From: Bacteriovoracia bacterium
Lineage (GTDB): Bacteria; Bdellovibrionota; UBA1018; JBFWNL01
Reading direction: 5' to 3'
DNA: 64,000 nt
Assembly (NCBI GenBank): GCA_050251055.1
Contig: JBFWNL010000011.1
Span: 44,412 to 108,411, forward strand
Below, one piece after another: positions 1 to 9,570 of this stretch. Numbering within the stretch: position 1 is the stretch's first letter; the number at the start of each line of letters is the position of its first letter. Both the position numbers and the translations under genes were made by a program. The notes under the pieces were generated by a model, which saw only the letters and a program-made list of their open reading frames with translations, made no database searches and was not told the origin of the DNA.

Positions 1-28
1 TTCTTAATATGTTAAATAGAATTAAGAA
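1..28. promoter_or_regulatory. AT-rich inverted repeat TTCTTAAT-N12-ATTAAGAA upstream of the gliding cluster; possible operator
   Basis: Perfect 8-bp arms at 1-8 and 21-28, 18 nt before the ATG at 47; may be cut by the window edge; AT-rich context makes chance possible. Confidence 0.3.
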
Positions 29-46
29 TTAAAGGGGTATATTGAG

Positions 47-1258
47 ATGAGTTCCATGCAGACGCCAAATCAAAAGAAGACACTTCGCATTGTATTAGGC
101 TGCGTCCTTGCCATCGCGTTCCTCTTTGGCGGCGTCATGATGCTGAAGAAAAAGACGTGGCAAGCCCCGCAAGATCCGTCGAGCGAAGAGGGTATCGGGC
201 AAGCCCCAGTGAAAGTGATTCCCGAAGGGCAAGCCCCCGTCGACACGGACCCCAGCCAGCAGGCCAACGCCCCCATGAACAACGCCCCGGAAGAGTCCGG
301 GAACAACCCCGCTGGCTATCCCGTCGGCCAAGCCGGCCAGGCTCCGGGCACGATTGGCCAATCCGCGCAACCCGGCGCTCAACCCGGAGCGTTGCCTCCG
401 GCTGAAAAACAAGCTTTGGGAAAATCGGGCGCGAGCCCAGAGGGAAAACCTTATCAAGTCACCGGCGTCGATGGCCGGGTACCGGCTTCAGTGGATAAAA
501 CCGCGCCCGCCAAGGGCGTCCCGCTCACTCCGAGCGCGTTACCAAAGGATGTTCTCGGTCCGATCGGTGGCCTGCTCGGTCCCGTGAAGGTTGCGTCCCC
601 CGGCCAGCCTGGCGCCGCAGGAACCCCCGGAACCATGACCGCCGCCCCGGGCACCCCGACCAACGTCACCACCGCTCCGGCCGTCGAGAAGATCGCCGAC
701 GACTGCTACAAGATGACCTTCAAGCACCAGAAGCTCTCTTCGCACGAAAACGGCGAAGCCTGCACGATGCACCGAAATCAATTCGCCCTCCAGGGCGAGA
801 AGATCAACCGAGCTTCGGTTTGCGTGCGCGTGAATGGCACGCCTGTGAAATTCGAATGGGCCAAGGGCAAGGGTGATCAGGTCGTGATCGCCGCCATCGC
901 CGGCCCCAAGGCCGTGATCACCGCGCAATACTGCACGGGCCGAATCATGTGCGGCGAAGAATGCAAGGTTCCGAAGGACGCCTTCATGGAAGCCATCGGC
1001 GCCACGGACGATAACGGCTCGGAGCTGCCGGTCGTGCAATGGGACGCCCACAACCCCGACAAGAAACAGGCAAAGGAAGAAGCCACGCTCGACCAAGAGC
1101 TCGAAGGCTTCAAGAAAGAGCTGGCCGAGCACAATCCGGCCGAAGCCAAAGTATTCAGCGGTTGGACGCCGGACGCGCCCAACCCGACTTGTAAGGAAAA
1201 CCAATACACCGGTGGCGGCGCCGTATCCAAAGTGGCCGCAGCCAAGGAAAAACAATAG
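47..1258 (+). CDS. Hypothetical membrane-anchored protein with long Pro/Gly/Ala-rich linker and C-terminal Cys-containing domain
   Basis: 403 aa; N-terminal TM (IVLGCVLAIAFLFGGVMML), low-complexity P/G/A/Q region, 7 Cys in C-terminal half; first gene of the motor operon. Confidence 0.8.
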   Translation: MSSMQTPNQKKTLRIVLGCVLAIAFLFGGVMMLKKKTWQAPQDPSSEEGIGQAPVKVIPEGQAPVDTDPSQQANAPMNNAPEESGNNPAGYPVGQAGQAPGTIGQSAQPGAQPGALPPAEKQALGKSGASPEGKPYQVTGVDGRVPASVDKTAPAKGVPLTPSALPKDVLGPIGGLLGPVKVASPGQPGAAGTPGTMTAAPGTPTNVTTAPAVEKIADDCYKMTFKHQKLSSHENGEACTMHRNQFALQGEKINRASVCVRVNGTPVKFEWAKGKGDQVVIAAIAGPKAVITAQYCTGRIMCGEECKVPKDAFMEAIGATDDNGSELPVVQWDAHNPDKKQAKEEATLDQELEGFKKELAEHNPAEAKVFSGWTPDAPNPTCKENQYTGGGAVSKVAAAKEKQ

Positions 1259-1286
1259 CTAGCATTGAATCAATAGGAGAACGATC

Positions 1287-2015
1287 ATGGATTTCTTAGA
1301 ATTCTTAAAGAACCCCCAGAACATCATGCACGTCGCACCCCTCTTGGTAGTCGGCGCCTTCGCCATCGCCATCGTGGTCGAGCGCATTCGCTCCGTTTTC
1401 TTCACCTACCCCATGCGCAATAGCGAAGGTTTTTTCGAGCGCATCACCGAGCTCACGCTCTCCGGTAAGACCGGCGACGCCGTTCAGCTCTGCGACAAGC
1501 ATTTGCATACGCCGCTCGCCAAGGTGACCAAGGCCGCCCTCGTGCGCGCTCACCTGCCGGAAGGCATGATCGAGCACGGCATTGAGTATTCGGTGGGTGA
1601 AGCCTGCCATGCGATCCAGAAGCGCACGTCGTTTCTGGCCACGATTGCCAACGTTGCCACCTTGCTCGGCTTGTTCGGCACGATCGCGGGTCTCATTCAC
1701 TCGTTTAAAGCCATTGAGTTCGCCGACGCGCAAAACCGCGCCAAGCTACTCTCGGCGGGGATCGCTACCGCCATGAACGCTACCATGCTGGGCTTGGCTA
1801 TCGCCATTCCCTGCATGATCGCCTACAGCTTTATCATGAACCGCTCGAACCGCCTGATCGGCGAGCTCGAGAACTCCTCCGTCCGCCTGATGGAAATCCT
1901 CAAGCAGCGCTACTACGCGGTCACCACCGGTGATCTCGAAGAAGCCGGCTGGGACGATCACATGGGTAAGGGCAACGGCCACGCCAAGGGCAAGGCCGTC
2001 GGGAGAGCCGCATGA
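1287..2015 (+). CDS. MotA/TolQ/ExbB proton-channel protein (AglR-like)
   Basis: ATLLGLFGTIAGLI and GIATAMNATMLGLAIAIP motifs; AGGAG RBS; ATGA overlap with next gene. Confidence 0.92.
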   Translation: MDFLEFLKNPQNIMHVAPLLVVGAFAIAIVVERIRSVFFTYPMRNSEGFFERITELTLSGKTGDAVQLCDKHLHTPLAKVTKAALVRAHLPEGMIEHGIEYSVGEACHAIQKRTSFLATIANVATLLGLFGTIAGLIHSFKAIEFADAQNRAKLLSAGIATAMNATMLGLAIAIPCMIAYSFIMNRSNRLIGELENSSVRLMEILKQRYYAVTTGDLEEAGWDDHMGKGNGHAKGKAVGRAA

Positions 2016-2488
2016 GTGCAGGTGTCCCAACCGGAGGCGGCGGTGGTCGCGGACGCGGCCACGGCAGCCAGGACTTCGAAGTCAACATCACGCCGATTAT
2101 CGACTTTTTCACGGTCTTGATCGCGTTCCTGTTGCTCTCGGCGTCTTACATCGCGATCGGTGTCTTCGACGCCGGGATCGCGGCCGGCGGCCAATCGAAG
2201 ACCGCGGGCGATCCCCCACCGGTGAATATCTCGGTCGCCTTGGAACCGAACCAGGTGATCGAAGTGAAGGTCACCGGCAAGGCCACCCAGAACTTCACGC
2301 TTAAACCCGTGAATGGCGCATGGAACTACGCCGAGCTGACCGGACAGCTGCAGGCCCTCAAGACAAAGTGGCCTACCGTCACCGGCATGACCCTAGTGGC
2401 CGATAATGGGATCGAATACAAAACCGTCATTGAAGCGTTGGGCACGGCCCGGAAGACCATCCCGAACGTACTTTTGGGAGGATTCTAG
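2012..2488 (+). CDS. ExbD/TolR family protein (AglQ/AglS-like)
   Basis: VNITPIIDFFTVLIAFLL TM with conserved Asp. Confidence 0.9.
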   Translation: MSAGVPTGGGGGRGRGHGSQDFEVNITPIIDFFTVLIAFLLLSASYIAIGVFDAGIAAGGQSKTAGDPPPVNISVALEPNQVIEVKVTGKATQNFTLKPVNGAWNYAELTGQLQALKTKWPTVTGMTLVADNGIEYKTVIEALGTARKTIPNVLLGGF

Positions 2489-2490
2489 CC

Positions 2491-3003
2491 ATGAGTAGTC
2501 GCCTGTTCAAAAAGAAGAAGCGCTCCCACGCGAGCGGCGACGATTTCTCGTTGAACATCACTTCGCTCGCCGACGTGATGGTCATCATCTTGGTGTTTAT
2601 GCTCAAGAGTTTCAGCGCTGGCGCGATTAGCGTCACGCCTGCCCCCGGCATCGAGCTCCCCGTAGCCGACGTAAAAGGTCCCGAATACGACGCCCTGAAG
2701 ATAGAAATCTCCCAGGACGCCGTCCTGGTGGCCGACAAGCCCGCCGTGGTCCTCGCCAATTTCGTCGTGAACAAACAAGAAATCCTCACGAACGGATCCG
2801 TTCGCTCGCTCGGCGATATCCTCCAGAAGGAACGCCAGCGGCAGATGCTGATCGCCAAGGCGAACTCCGACGTGAAGATCGATCCGAAGGTCATCATTGT
2901 CGCCGATCAACGCGCGCCTTACGCCACCATCAAGGCGGTGCTCGCTTCGGCGGCCGTGCATGGCTATACCGATTTCAAACTGGCGGTGGTGCAGCCCAAC
3001 TAA
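2491..3003 (+). CDS. ExbD/TolR family protein (AglS/AglV-like)
   Basis: LNITSLADVMVIILVFMLK TM with conserved Asp; IIVADQRAPYATIK motif. Confidence 0.9.
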   Translation: MSSRLFKKKKRSHASGDDFSLNITSLADVMVIILVFMLKSFSAGAISVTPAPGIELPVADVKGPEYDALKIEISQDAVLVADKPAVVLANFVVNKQEILTNGSVRSLGDILQKERQRQMLIAKANSDVKIDPKVIIVADQRAPYATIKAVLASAAVHGYTDFKLAVVQPN

Positions 3004-3026
3004 GGTTAGCTTATGAGGGTCCGTCC

Positions 3027-6000
3027 ATGTTGAAGCAGCAGAAAACGCGGCTACTCGCCGCCCTACCGATCGCCGCCGCCATTTTCGCGTTCTGGGCGGT
3101 GAATCCCGTCGCGTCCGCCGCCTCCACGAAGGGGGCCTCGCCGAAGGCCGACGTCTCCTTGGATGCGGATGAGGCGCGCGTGATTCCCTCGTCCAAACTG
3201 GGCTCGGAAGAGCGCGAACGAAACGTCGACGCCGCGGCGCTGGAAGCGCAGAAATCCGCCACCACCAAGCTCACGAAGCTACTCGACCGCTACCGAGGCA
3301 CGGAACGAGAAAGCCTGATCCTGGCCCGCCTGGCCGAAATTTACCAACAAACCGGCGCCATTTACTTCCGGATCGCGCACGGCCAAGCCCATACGAAAAA
3401 GAAGGCCGTCGACCTGAAGCAATACCATGGCATCATGCGCAAATCGATCGAGGTGATCGACAAGCTCATGCGCAAGTTCCCCCAGTACGAGCAGATGGAC
3501 GTCGTGACCTACATGCGCGGAAAAGCTTACGAGGAAATCGGCAACAAGCCCGCCGCCAAACGAGACTACCTCACGATGGTCAAAAAGTACCCCGACGCGC
3601 CCGAGACGATTTCGGCCTACATGTCGCTCGCGGAGTTTTCGATCGAGGAAAACCAACATCAAGAAGCCATTGGATACCTGCTCCAAGTCGAGCAACACCC
3701 GGAAAGCGCATTCTACCCGTTTTCGCTCTTCAAGCTGGCCTGGTCCTACTACAACCTGCGCGACATCCCAACCGCCATCAGCTATCTCGAAAAGCACGTC
3801 CGTCATTACGACGCTAAGGCGGGCAAACACGGAGGCCTGACGTCTTCGGACTACGCCATTCGCGAAAACAGCCTGCTCGACGTAGCGCTGTTCTACATGG
3901 ATGGCATCGAGATGAAGCGCCCCGAATACCAGATCGAGGATGCCCTTTCCTACTTCCGCAAGATGGAGGATGGGCCGGTCATTGGCAAGATGCTGCTGCG
4001 ATTCGCCAAACTTTTGCGCGCCCACGATCACGAGCGCGAGCTTGAGTTCTGGAAGAAGCAAATGATCGAGAAAGAGAACAAGCAACTCGAATCACTCGAA
4101 GTCGTGATCACGGTTTTCGAATACCACCTGCAACGCCGGCACTACACGAAGATCGCCGCCGCCGCGCAGGACATGGTCACGCTCTACCAGATCAACCAAG
4201 GTCGGTTCCGCGATTTTCCGGGCTACGACAACGCCCAGAAACTCTTGCTTGATACGGCCAAGGAATTCCAAGCCCTCACCATCAAGAACAAAGCGGCGAG
4301 CCGCGTGGGCGAGTTGAGCAACACACTGGTCGCTCTTTATGACACCTTCGCGAAGATCGTCGACGAGAAGGACCCGCGCGTGCCGGGCGTTCACTACAAC
4401 CTCGCCGAGACGCTGTTCGAGATCGGCAACTTCGCCGACGCCACTTTCCATTATCGCTGGATCGTGGACCACCCCGTCGCCAAATCCCCGGTTAGCCTGA
4501 AAGATGCAAGCCTGAAGGCCATCGCGGCCCGCTACGAGGTCTTGCGCCGAAGCAAATCCATGCCGGAAAAGCTGAATGCCGTCGCGTTCAAAGACGAAAG
4601 CAAAAAAGCGGTGGCGCCGATGCTCGCCGAGTGGATCGAATGGACCGACTGGCACATGAAGAAGTTCGAAGTAGCCGACGCAACCTTCGAAAACTTCGTT
4701 TTCGAGGCCAACCGCGCGCTCTATGCCCAAAACAAGATCGTGGACGCGACCGAACGCCTGATCCGCTTCGCGAAAAAGTTGCCGAATTCGAAATTCGCGA
4801 TCACGTCGGCGTCTCTGGCCCTGGATACCTATATCGCGAGTCAACGCTGGGAGGAGTCGCACGACCTGGCCAACGAATTTATGAATGTCGCGGCCTGGAA
4901 AAAAGACGACTTCCACAAGCACCTTCTCAAGCTCGCCGCCGATTCATTTTATAAGATGATCGAGGGGACCAAGCAGGCCGGCAACCCCGAAAAGGCGATT
5001 GCCATGTGCGACGAATTCGCCAAGAAGTATCCGACGAGCCCCCGCCTAGAAGACGCCCTGCTCCTGGCCGGACTCACCGCTTTGGACCTCAAGGATAAGG
5101 AAAAAGCCGAAAAGTACTTCTCGGGCCTGATCGCCCGCTTCCCGAACTCAGAAAACACGGGATCAGCCATGCTGTCACGCGCCATGCTCGAGGAGGAACG
5201 CTTCGAACACCTGGAAGCTGCCCGCGACTACCAAGCTTACATCGCCCTCATGACGGTCAAGAAGGCCAAGGAGTCGGACCTGCTACCTTACCGCAAGAAG
5301 GTCCTGCACCTGCATTGGATTTCGGGGGACGTCGCGGTTTTCCGCAAATCACTCGATTCGAAGACGATCTGCGTGGAAGAACTCGCGGAGCAATGCCAAA
5401 TGCATCGCACGCTCTTAACCACGCTCGCGCCCAAGGCGCCGTCGATGGACGCGGCCAAGGAATACTTTAAGCATGCCACGCATGCGGATAACAAGGATCT
5501 ACGGCCGCTCTGGGCACTGTCCGCGCTGGCGGCGGACGATGGATTTGAGTTTCCGGACCGCCTGCTTCTGATCCGCGTGATCGCCGGCCGCTGGGACAAC
5601 CTCGATCCGCTCGTGCAGTTCACGATTTTGAGCCGCGTCTCGCAGATCATCCCGGCCGCGTTCGAAAAGAACCGCGTGGCTATGCAACGCTTCGCGAAGC
5701 TAACGAACAATGAGCGCTCGATCAATCGGCGCATCGAACTCATCAAGGAAATGGAAAGCACGGCCACCCAGGTCATGAAGATGCCGTGGGCACACCTGCG
5801 TGCCATGGTCATGAATCACGTGGCCACGCTTTATTTGGACTTCGCCCAAGACCTCACCAATCTGCCCGTACCCGAGGGTCTCGCGGAGAGGGAACTCGCG
5901 AATTACCAAGAGATGATCCGCAAGATCACCATGCCATTCGAAGAGAAGGGGCAAGACATCCGCCGCAAGGCGTTTGAGATCGCCAGCCACGCCGCCGTGA

Positions 6001-6713
6001 ATGAGCCGGTCCTGGCCGCCGTGACGAATGCATTCTTTCAGGACAACCCATCTCAAGCCAAGGCGCTGAAGCCCGATCCGGATCTGCGTCCGAATCCAGA
6101 GTTCAACTTCCGTATGCTCGCGGAGCTCGACCCCAAGGGTGAGTGGCGGGATGCCGAAAAAGACCGGCCGAAATACAAGGATGGCGCCGCGCTCTACCTG
6201 AAAGCCCAATGGGCCCAAGCCCTGCGCGCGCAAAACTGGGTACAGGCCACCCACCTGATCCAAGAAGCCAAGAATCGCAAGCTGATCGACGTACCGATCG
6301 CCTCCCTGATGAAAGCCTATCTCCTGGTAAGCCTCGGGGCACGAGCCGAAGGGCTGAGCGCGCTCGCCGAGCTGCGCCGCGACCTGGCTCCGCGCCCGGC
6401 CGCGAAGGCCGCGACTCTTTTGACCGCGCACTACCTGCACTCGCTCGCCCGCGAGCAAGCCAAGCGCATGGTTGAAGCGATTCAAAGCGAGAACGAAGAA
6501 AAAGGCATCTTGAACGTCGTGCGGGAGGACGAAGACGCATTCACGCTCGCGCTCGCCGCCCGCTGGTCGGGCGCCAAGCTCAGCGAAAAGAACGAAGTCC
6601 CGCTCTTCGAGCAAGCCGCCGACGTATCCGACCGCGCGAAGGAAGCTTGGGCCCGTCAGGTCCTGCGCGAACTCAAGGCCATCCGCGAAAAACGCTCCTT
6701 GGCCAATCGCTAA
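3027..6713 (+). CDS. Large periplasmic TPR protein, GltD/AgmU-like
   Basis: 1228 aa, signal peptide, many TPR-like helical pairs (LFKLAWSYYNL, HYNLAETLFE), VPEGLAERELANYQ-type C-terminal segment; lies after ExbB/ExbD/ExbD. Confidence 0.8.
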   Translation: MLKQQKTRLLAALPIAAAIFAFWAVNPVASAASTKGASPKADVSLDADEARVIPSSKLGSEERERNVDAAALEAQKSATTKLTKLLDRYRGTERESLILARLAEIYQQTGAIYFRIAHGQAHTKKKAVDLKQYHGIMRKSIEVIDKLMRKFPQYEQMDVVTYMRGKAYEEIGNKPAAKRDYLTMVKKYPDAPETISAYMSLAEFSIEENQHQEAIGYLLQVEQHPESAFYPFSLFKLAWSYYNLRDIPTAISYLEKHVRHYDAKAGKHGGLTSSDYAIRENSLLDVALFYMDGIEMKRPEYQIEDALSYFRKMEDGPVIGKMLLRFAKLLRAHDHERELEFWKKQMIEKENKQLESLEVVITVFEYHLQRRHYTKIAAAAQDMVTLYQINQGRFRDFPGYDNAQKLLLDTAKEFQALTIKNKAASRVGELSNTLVALYDTFAKIVDEKDPRVPGVHYNLAETLFEIGNFADATFHYRWIVDHPVAKSPVSLKDASLKAIAARYEVLRRSKSMPEKLNAVAFKDESKKAVAPMLAEWIEWTDWHMKKFEVADATFENFVFEANRALYAQNKIVDATERLIRFAKKLPNSKFAITSASLALDTYIASQRWEESHDLANEFMNVAAWKKDDFHKHLLKLAADSFYKMIEGTKQAGNPEKAIAMCDEFAKKYPTSPRLEDALLLAGLTALDLKDKEKAEKYFSGLIARFPNSENTGSAMLSRAMLEEERFEHLEAARDYQAYIALMTVKKAKESDLLPYRKKVLHLHWISGDVAVFRKSLDSKTICVEELAEQCQMHRTLLTTLAPKAPSMDAAKEYFKHATHADNKDLRPLWALSALAADDGFEFPDRLLLIRVIAGRWDNLDPLVQFTILSRVSQIIPAAFEKNRVAMQRFAKLTNNERSINRRIELIKEMESTATQVMKMPWAHLRAMVMNHVATLYLDFAQDLTNLPVPEGLAERELANYQEMIRKITMPFEEKGQDIRRKAFEIASHAAVNEPVLAAVTNAFFQDNPSQAKALKPDPDLRPNPEFNFRMLAELDPKGEWRDAEKDRPKYKDGAALYLKAQWAQALRAQNWVQATHLIQEAKNRKLIDVPIASLMKAYLLVSLGARAEGLSALAELRRDLAPRPAAKAATLLTAHYLHSLAREQAKRMVEAIQSENEEKGILNVVREDEDAFTLALAARWSGAKLSEKNEVPLFEQAADVSDRAKEAWARQVLRELKAIREKRSLANR

Positions 6714-6752
6714 GACCCGGCCCATAAAACCGCGGAAACAGCTCAGAATCCG

Positions 6753-6865
6753 CACTAGTTCACTAGTTTAATTGATATTTAAATTATTGTTTTTATTGAT
6801 AAATTTTATTTGTCAAAAAAATAGTTTGTAAAAATTCAAAATATTAAATAAAATTAATACTTAGA
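6753..6865. promoter_or_regulatory. Very AT-rich intergenic island with tandem CACTAGTT x2 and IHF-like site; probable internal promoter region
   Basis: About 100 bp of mostly A/T in a GC-rich background; CACTAGTT at 6753-6760 and 6761-6768; CAATAATTTA on minus strand at 6780-6789. Confidence 0.5.
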
Positions 6866-6882
6866 GGATCGGGGTCTATTTT

Positions 6883-7146
6883 ATGCAAACGAAGAAATTT
6901 CTGATCGGTGTTTGGATGATTTTCGCGATGGTCGCCTCTGTGGCGTCGGCCGCCGCCGCCGAACGGCACAAGGTCATCGATTTCGAAGACGAGCTCGTCG
7001 AAGGCGTGAACAAGAAACCGCTCGATTCCCTCAGCACGCTTTCGGAAAAAGAAAAGAAACGTCGGCGCCTGCACCTCTACCGCAAGCGCGTGGGCTTCAG
7101 CTCGGAGACCGCTGATTCACTCAAAGAAATGAGGTACGCGCAATGA
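6883..7146 (+). CDS. Small secreted protein, GltF/CglF-like
   Basis: 87 aa, signal peptide, IDFEDELVEG..KP motif and C-terminal R..F segment resembling CglF; directly upstream of the GltG-like gene. Confidence 0.75.
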   Translation: MQTKKFLIGVWMIFAMVASVASAAAAERHKVIDFEDELVEGVNKKPLDSLSTLSEKEKKRRRLHLYRKRVGFSSETADSLKEMRYAQ

Positions 7147-8738
7147 GCCTGCCATCCACCGCAAGCCGTGCCGCCATGAAAGAAACCGTCGAAAAGAAAC
7201 CGAGCCAGCCCGCAGAATTCGACTACGCGACGTGCACTCATTTCATCGTAAAGATCATGCGCGGCGCCCAAGCCGAGGCGGGCGGGGCCCAGGCGCCAAT
7301 ACGCGTTTGGGATAGCCAGATGCCGCTCATGCTAGGGCATCCTGTGCGGTGGATCGCCGAGAAAGCCCCGGAAGGCATCCGCATTCGCAATATCGCCACT
7401 CCCGTCGGGGAAGCCCACGACGACGCCGTCGTCACCCTCGACGTCGCCCAAATCAAGAACGCGGCCACCGTCGCGCTCCCCCTTTCTCCTCAGCATTGGA
7501 TCCAGGTAAAGGCCTACCGGCATTTGCCACCGGCTTATCGCGCCCTAAGCGAAACCGCCGGTCGAGCAACCGACATGAAGGTGTTCAGCTGCATCGGTGG
7601 ATGGATCAAAGCGACGGACAGCCTCGCCTCCGAATACCAAGGCAGCTTCCAGAAAACCCCGAGCTTCACCATTCAAAAGCAAGCGGACGGCTTCCAAATC
7701 ACGAGTCGCCACCCGGGACTGAAGCTCAAGCAGGGCCTAGATACGAAATCGGAGAACGCCCGTACTCTCGAAAACGGGATCGCGATCCAGCTCACCGCGA
7801 GCGAACTCCTCAAGTCGTCGCTGCAGATCGGCCCGTACCGTTGGTTCTTTAACCCGCTCGAAGCCCCCGCCGACTTACGCGTGATCCCGAACGCCGAAGA
7901 CCGCGCCGAGGAGACCGCTTGGTTCAAGAAATCCATGAAGGTCACCGGCATCGCCATGGGCGCGCTCACGCTCATCCTATTGCTGATGCCAAAACCCGCG
8001 GTAGAGGTACAGCAGGAGCTGATTCCCGCGCAGTACGCTTCCATCGTGCTCTCCAAACCGCAGAAGGCCGAAGCGCCCGCACCGACGGAGAACACCCCGG
8101 AACAAGCCACCCAAGCCAAGAATACGGCCGTGGTACAGGCTTTCCGGGCCAAGGCCCTCCAGCATGCCGTCAGCGGCTTGCTGAAAGGCGGTATGACCAC
8201 CCTACTCGCGCAAAGCGATTTCTTGGGGGATGCCCGCAAGGCCAGCAAACTTTTGGACAACGTGAAAAACGTGGCTGTGGACGCCAGCAAAGCTTCCGAA
8301 GCGAGGTCCGTGCAAGTGGCCTCGATCGGCGGCACTCCGGGATCCAAGGGCGTCGGATATAGCAAGGGACAAGTCGCCGCCGTTAAAGGCCAAGGCTCGG
8401 CCTTCGTCGACTTGGACATCCAGGGCTCCAACGTACAGGAAGGTTTGACGAAGGACGAAGTGGGCAAGGTCATCCACGCCCACCTGAGCGAAGTCCGCTA
8501 CTGCTACGAATCCGCCATGTTGCACAACCCCGATATCGAAGGAAAGCTGCTCATCGACTTCACGATCGGCGGCAGCGGCAGCGTAGTCAGTGGAGCCGTC
8601 AAGCAATCCTCCCTGGAAGACGCGCGCCTGGATGACTGCATCCTGCGCCGGCTCACGAAGTGGAAGTTCCCGACCCCGAAAGGCGGGATCAACGTGGCCG
8701 TGTCCTATCCGTTCATCTTCAAGAGCCTAGGAAGGTAG
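7143..8738 (+). CDS. TonB-like energy transducer with AgmX/PglI-type C-terminal domain (GltG-like)
   Basis: Single TM near aa 270-285; C-terminal GLTKDEVGKVI..VRYCYE..DDCILRRLTKWKFPTPKGG..VSYPF. Confidence 0.85.
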   Translation: MSLPSTASRAAMKETVEKKPSQPAEFDYATCTHFIVKIMRGAQAEAGGAQAPIRVWDSQMPLMLGHPVRWIAEKAPEGIRIRNIATPVGEAHDDAVVTLDVAQIKNAATVALPLSPQHWIQVKAYRHLPPAYRALSETAGRATDMKVFSCIGGWIKATDSLASEYQGSFQKTPSFTIQKQADGFQITSRHPGLKLKQGLDTKSENARTLENGIAIQLTASELLKSSLQIGPYRWFFNPLEAPADLRVIPNAEDRAEETAWFKKSMKVTGIAMGALTLILLLMPKPAVEVQQELIPAQYASIVLSKPQKAEAPAPTENTPEQATQAKNTAVVQAFRAKALQHAVSGLLKGGMTTLLAQSDFLGDARKASKLLDNVKNVAVDASKASEARSVQVASIGGTPGSKGVGYSKGQVAAVKGQGSAFVDLDIQGSNVQEGLTKDEVGKVIHAHLSEVRYCYESAMLHNPDIEGKLLIDFTIGGSGSVVSGAVKQSSLEDARLDDCILRRLTKWKFPTPKGGINVAVSYPFIFKSLGR

Positions 8739-8745
8739 TTACATC

Positions 8746-9567
8746 ATGTTTTCAACCGGCTTGAAATCAACCCATAAACCGCTTTGGGAGACTTTGGCGC
8801 TCCTCATCGCGATTTTTCTAGTGTTAGCGCCCGGGCACGCCTTCGGCGCCGAAAAGAACAAACCCGCGCCCGTGAGTGCCGCCCCTCAACCCGAAGCCGA
8901 GCAGGTTGACGTGGACAAGATCAAGGAAAAATACTGGGCCAAGGGCAACGAAAGCGAGCTCGGCGTGGTGCAGAACCGTCTCTTCTCGAAAGCCGGCCAC
9001 TTCCAGCTCGGCGTCTTCGGCGGCGTGAACTTCAGCGACCCGTTTTTATCCGTCAAGCCTGTCGGCTTCAGCTTCGGCTTTCACTTCAGTGAGTATGTGG
9101 GACTCAACTTCCTCTTCTTCAAGTCGCTAGTCAGCAACTCCAGCGCCTTGGATACGTTCGAGGAAAACCGGCACGCTACTGCCAACACCAACAAGCCTAA
9201 CTTCTACACCGGCGCCGAACTGAACTGGAGCTTGCTCTACGGTAAGCTCTCCGTGGTCGGCAAATCCATCATTTACTACGACATGCACCTCTCGGCCGGC
9301 ATGGGCGTCACCAAGACCGAATCCGGCAGCTACGTGACTCCCTCTTTTGGCCTGGGTCAGCGGTTCTACCTGTCGAAGCTTGTCTCTTTCCGCTTTGATT
9401 ACCGCATGATGGTCTACAAGGAAAACATCGTCGAAAAGCAGATTACCGCGATCCTGGGCACCGTCGTCGGCGACCGCACCAATTTTTCAAACGTCATGAC
9501 CTTCGGTTTTGATTTCCTCTTTAGCAGCGGAAACAAGGAAAACCGTGAAGGCGAACAGGGGAAATAG
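8746..9567 (+). CDS. Outer-membrane beta-barrel protein, GltA/GltB/GltH-like
   Basis: Signal peptide, VVQNRLFSK..SDPF..LYGKLS motifs typical of myxobacterial/Bdellovibrio Glt barrels, amphipathic strands. Confidence 0.8.
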   Translation: MFSTGLKSTHKPLWETLALLIAIFLVLAPGHAFGAEKNKPAPVSAAPQPEAEQVDVDKIKEKYWAKGNESELGVVQNRLFSKAGHFQLGVFGGVNFSDPFLSVKPVGFSFGFHFSEYVGLNFLFFKSLVSNSSALDTFEENRHATANTNKPNFYTGAELNWSLLYGKLSVVGKSIIYYDMHLSAGMGVTKTESGSYVTPSFGLGQRFYLSKLVSFRFDYRMMVYKENIVEKQITAILGTVVGDRTNFSNVMTFGFDFLFSSGNKENREGEQGK

Positions 9568-9570
9568 ATA

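Noticed and set aside
1287-3003. Ordinary ExbBD-TonB uptake system or second Tol system
   Set aside because: No TonB-dependent receptor; two ExbD genes plus Glt-like neighbours fit an Agl-type motor, and a true tolQRAB lies at 21408-24703
3279-6755. Several 170-350 aa minus-strand ORFs inside the TPR gene (similar ones lie opposite ctpA, tolQR, cpaF and pepF)
   Set aside because: Antisense artefacts with no recognisable motifs opposite well-supported genes
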